From contig JAQGDQ010000686.1 of NCBI GenBank assembly GCA_030141605.1, forward strand, positions 1 through 64,000: a DNA stretch of 64,000 bases, written 5' to 3'. This document shows, piece by piece, positions 59,831 to 64,000 of the stretch. The DNA is from Tubiluchus corallicola. Lineage: Eukaryota > Animalia > Priapulida. Below the pieces are notes generated by a model. The model was given only the letters and a program-made list of their open reading frames with translations. It was not told where the DNA came from and did no database searches. The translations under genes and the position numbers were made by a program. How positions within the stretch are numbered: position 1 is the first letter of the stretch; every line of letters starts with the position of its first letter.

Positions 59831-60199
59831 AGCAACGAGATTGAAATAAAGCACGCAACAAAATAACATTCTTGAAGTGGAAACCACAAAAGACCGGCAA
59901 TAGCAGAACATGCAATTTAGCAACATTTTCAAATGTGAGCAACGTTTTCACCTAATGTCCAGCACAATTTTCTAATACAACTGAACTAGATACTTAGAAT
60001 CAAGCACACAACTTAAGCAACGTACTCAAACAGAGAAACTGGATGCTTTGGATGATTGGAAACTGGATCTGATTAACGACAAACCATGACTCCCATCAAC
60101 TTTTAACGTCAAGTTTCTGAATAAAATCTAGCCTCATTAATATGCCTCAATTCTCTCTGATTTTGCTGCCTTTGAAACAAACAATTAAGATGATAAAGA

Positions 60200-60508
60200 C
60201 CCAGATTTATATTACCCGCAAATGACTCAGCCCTATCCTGTGACCACAAAATTTTACGTTTCTTCACATCTAGATGTGTATGTCTACACAAATGATCTCA
60301 TTAGTGCAATAAAAACAGGCATTATTAACTACAAAGTTGCAGACCATTTACCTATATTTGCACTTACAAAGTACCTTAATCCATATAAAAGCTAGCATTT
60401 AGCTATCAAATGCTCTACTAAACATTTTAATCTTGACCTGGAACAGCAATTACAGCATCGCATAGATTTCATCAATAATGACATTAATTCTCAGGTTTCC
60501 CAGTTTCA

Positions 60509-60550
<42 letters not shown>

Positions 60551-63050
60551 CAATACTGAACAAACAGGCTCCTCTAAAGAAACTATCCAGATAGGAAACC
60601 GATACCCTTTATAAGCCATGGATCACACCGGCAATTTTTAAATCCATAAAAACAAGAAGCTGCATGTACAATTCATATAAACTTTCAAACTCAATATTAA
60701 AACAAACACAGTATAAGAAATTCGCTAATACACTAAACCACATCAAGGAAAAGTCCAAAAAAAGGATAACATAGAAAAATCTTTCTCAAAAATAAAAACA
60801 GTGCAAAAATACATGGAACTTAGTTAACAATAAAAACAGTGCAAAAATACATGGAAGTTAGTTAACAATAAAAACAGTGCAAAAAATACATGGAACTTAG
60901 TTAACAATAAAAACAGTGCAAAAATACTGGAACTTAGTTAACAATAAAAACAGGCAAAAAATGGAACTTAGAACAAAAAAACAGTGCAAAAATACGTGGA
61001 ACTTAGTTAACAATAAAAACAGTGCAAAAATACATGGAACTTAGTTAACAATAAAAACAGTGCAAAAAATACATGGAACTTAGTTAACAATAAAAACAGT
61101 GCAAAAATACGTGGAACTTAGTTAACAATAAAAACAGTGCAAAAATACATGGAACTTAGTTAACAATAAAAACAGTGCAAAAATACGTGGAACTTAGTTA
61201 ACAATAAAAACAGTGCAAAAAATACGTGGAACTTAGTTAACAATAAAAACAGTGCAAAAATACGTGGAACTTAGTTAACAATAAAAACAGTGCAAAAATA
61301 CGTGGAACTTAGTTAACAATAAAAACAGTGCAAAAATACATGGAACTTAGTTAACAATAAAAACAGTGCAAAAATACATGGAACTTAGTTAACAGTCCAA
61401 TAAACAATAAAACCACAAATCAAGTCAAACCAATAAACATAAAGCCTAAGTGCTCAATGATAACAAATCCAACTGAAACATCATCTATTATCAACAACTT
61501 CTATCAAGCAGAAGGCATAAACATGGGACGAAAAATAATCACCACAAATGTTACACCTTGTGGCTACTTGACTACTGAAAATGAAAAGTCTATTTTCTTA
61601 GACCCTATTAACGAACAAGAAGTGCCTGATTTACTCTCTCAACTAAAAACTGGTAAATCACCAGGATTCTATTGCAAAATTTCCTCTGGAATGATCTCTC
61701 CTCACTATAGCCTATTCAATAGACATTTATCACAAGGAGAATTCCCAAACACATTAAACATTGCTAAACTAATCCCACTTTATAAAACACACTCACCATA
61801 CAATCCATCTAACTATCTCCCTATATCAATATTACTTGCCCTAGCTAAACTTCTTGAAAACATTATTTATAAGTGACTTAACAAATTCGCATAAAATATT
61901 TTGTCTAAATTCCAGTTTGGATTCCAAACAACTTACTCGACAGCTATAGCTACCACAGAAATAATAACTAACGCATCTTGATAAAAAATTGTGCACATGT
62001 GGCATATTTCTAGACTTGTCGAAGGCCATTGACACCGTCCAGCAAAGCATACTAATAGATAAACTTGGACACTATGGTATCTGCACTATTGTCCTAAAAC
62101 TATTCAATGATATTTAGCAGACCGACAACACTAAACACTTTTTAAGAACACAACATTAAACTTAACTACAGTGATTTGTGGAATACTGCAAGGATCAACA
62201 TTAGTCTCTCCACTATTTCTGTGATACATTAATGATTTACTACGTTCATAATTTCAACAGCAGATTATTTGCGGATGATACTAACTTATTCCAAATTGAC
62301 AATAATATTAAGAATTTACAAAACAATGCTAATATTAAGCTAAAGAAAGTAGAAAATTGGATGCAGGCTAGTTTATTGTCTATTAATTCTAAAACTAAAT
62401 TTATGATCATAAGGCCAAACATAACTAACACACCAACTCTCTGAGCATCATTATGGGTAATATCAAGTTACAAGAAACAAACTCTATAAAATGCATTGGG
62501 TAAAACATAGACTCAAAATTAACCTAGAAAACAACAATAACAATGATAAATAGCAAAATATTCAAATATGTAGCAAACTTTTACAAAATGAGACATTACT
62601 TAAGCACAGAATTATTGATAATGACTTACTACACATTAGTATACCCATACTTATACTATTGCATAATTTCTTGGGGCACTGCTAATCAGAAAACTATAAA
62701 ACCCCTAATAACCAGAGTAAACAAAATAATTAAATCGATTACCTTCCCCGACTACAGAGATCATGTAATGCCATCATATGCTCAATTTCAACTATTAAAA
62801 ATTCACGACATAAACAAACCAGAATTCCTTAAATTTATGTATACAGCTAGTAACCACCTGCTCCCCGAACTGTATGAAAATTACTTTAGTAAAATCAATA
62901 CGTAAGCTACTAGAGCTGCAGATAGAGGAAAATCAAGAAAGATTCCACTCAAACAAGGGATTCGGAACAATCAAGCACTTAGGCACAAAATTTTGGAACT
63001 CTTTTTTTCCATGAGATTAGAATAGAACCGCCAAATCACTACGATCAATT
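60200..63050 (+). mobile_element. Degenerate CR1/L2-group LINE
   Basis: Fragmented ORF2 with ADHLPIF, KPWIT, NYLPISIL, CGIFLDLSKA, LFADDTNLF and YCIISWGTA; many stops; related to the 38906-41751 element. Confidence 0.9.
60791..61394. repeat. 38-bp minisatellite, about 16 copies, inside the LINE ORF2
   Basis: Unit aacaataaaaacagtgcaaaaatacatggaacttagtt; period 38 (60799 to 60837). Confidence 0.93.
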
Positions 63051-63575
63051 GTTAGGCTATTTATCAACACGCATGTGCTAAGCTGATCCCTACGCCTTAT
63101 TACTTTTATTATTGAAATATAATTTGATGATGAGTGTAAATAGGTAAGGTAAGGCTACTGTGTATGCCTAATTGTGAATGTGTTTGCTTGACCAAGGTAA
63201 ACGTGCACAGCATGCATGCAGTCCTTCAGCTGTATTAAGTAATTGACCAGCAGGTAGCTAGGCATTTACACAATGTTTGCAGTAGGAATGTTGCTACAAC
63301 ACATCATGGTAATACTATTCTTTAATGCCAATAACATTTTAACAACCTCGCGTAATGAGAACGACTGTGGGAAGCAGATATAGCAGTGTTTGTGGTTCTG
63401 ACTGAATTTCACTTTGCTAAATTGATTAGATTTGCCATAACTTGTCTTAGCTGTTGCTAAAATAGAAAGTCGGTGGTTTTTGTACCTTTATCTTCTGCGA
63501 CTATAGCGTTTTAACCAATAGTGGCACCTCAGTTTGCATGAAGTTCTGACTTGATACACAGAACATAAACCTGAC

Positions 63576-64000
63576 ATGGATATGAATTCATCTTTGGGTG
63601 ACTTTGTTGAAGTAACCTGGGACATTGTTTTGGCAAAGCCAGTAGCAATTGTGCTGCTGATGATGTTACTGGGCTCAGCTATAACTGCAGGAAATCTGTT
63701 AGTGCTGATTGCAATTTACAAAGTTCCTCGTTTGCAAACTAAAACAAATGCTCTTATAGCATCGCTTGCGGTGACTGATTTACTTGTTGGTTTATCTACA
63801 CCGGCAGAAGTGGCAGCAGAGTTACATCCACCTATTAGATCAAACCAAGCATTTGTAATCGTACAGTACACATTTGAAAATGGAATGATAAATGCAAGTA
63901 TTTACCATCTATGCCTGATAGCTGCTGAAAGATACCTAGCTGTTGTTCATCCATTCAAGTATCACACCATCATGAGAAAAGAAACCATTGTTGCTGCACT
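63576..64000 (+). CDS. Family B GPCR (B6), 5' part, runs off the window end
   Basis: Open frame MDMNSSLGDF...AGNLLVLIAIYKVPRLQTKTNALIASLAVTDLLVGLSTP...QYTFENGMINASIYHLCLIAAERYLAVVHPFKYH...; absent from the ORF track because there is no stop in the window. Confidence 0.9.
   Translation, partial: MDMNSSLGDFVEVTWDIVLAKPVAIVLLMMLLGSAITAGNLLVLIAIYKVPRLQTKTNALIASLAVTDLLVGLSTPAEVAAELHPPIRSNQAFVIVQYTFENGMINASIYHLCLIAAERYLAVVHPFKYHTIMRKETIVAA

Overview
AT-rich eukaryotic DNA, probably from an invertebrate animal (organism not determinable from sequence). Three layers overlap. (1) Two tandem arrays of single-exon class A (rhodopsin-like) GPCRs. Family A lies on the minus strand at 0.3-28.8 kb: 9 intact ORFs of 276-282 aa plus 4 pseudogenes or fragments. 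Family B lies on the plus strand at 41.8-64 kb: 4 intact ORFs, 1 ORF running off the window end, 1 pseudogene and relics. All complete copies lack Cys3.25, have a very short Cys-free ECL2 and share an invariant Asp5.42; most family B copies also have Glu3.32. This resembles the non-classical amine-binding motif of olfactory TAARs. (2) A minus-strand spliced polycystin-1-like (PKD1L/REJ-type) gene that the ORF track only shows in pieces. Ten phase-compatible GT-AG exons (58915 to 32706) encode GAIN, a Cys-rich insert, an extra PLAT-like domain upstream of the GPS, the GPS, TM1 and the start of the usual PLAT. Most of family B is nested antisense in its ~16-kb intron. (3) Repeats: CR1/L2-type LINEs (one inserted ~26 bp upstream of a receptor ATG), a 5S/RTE-like SINE, a Helitron-like element, MITEs, several minisatellites, a 3249-bp near-perfect tandem duplication, and a fold-back receptor duplication. 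All calls come from manual reading; no database searches were run.
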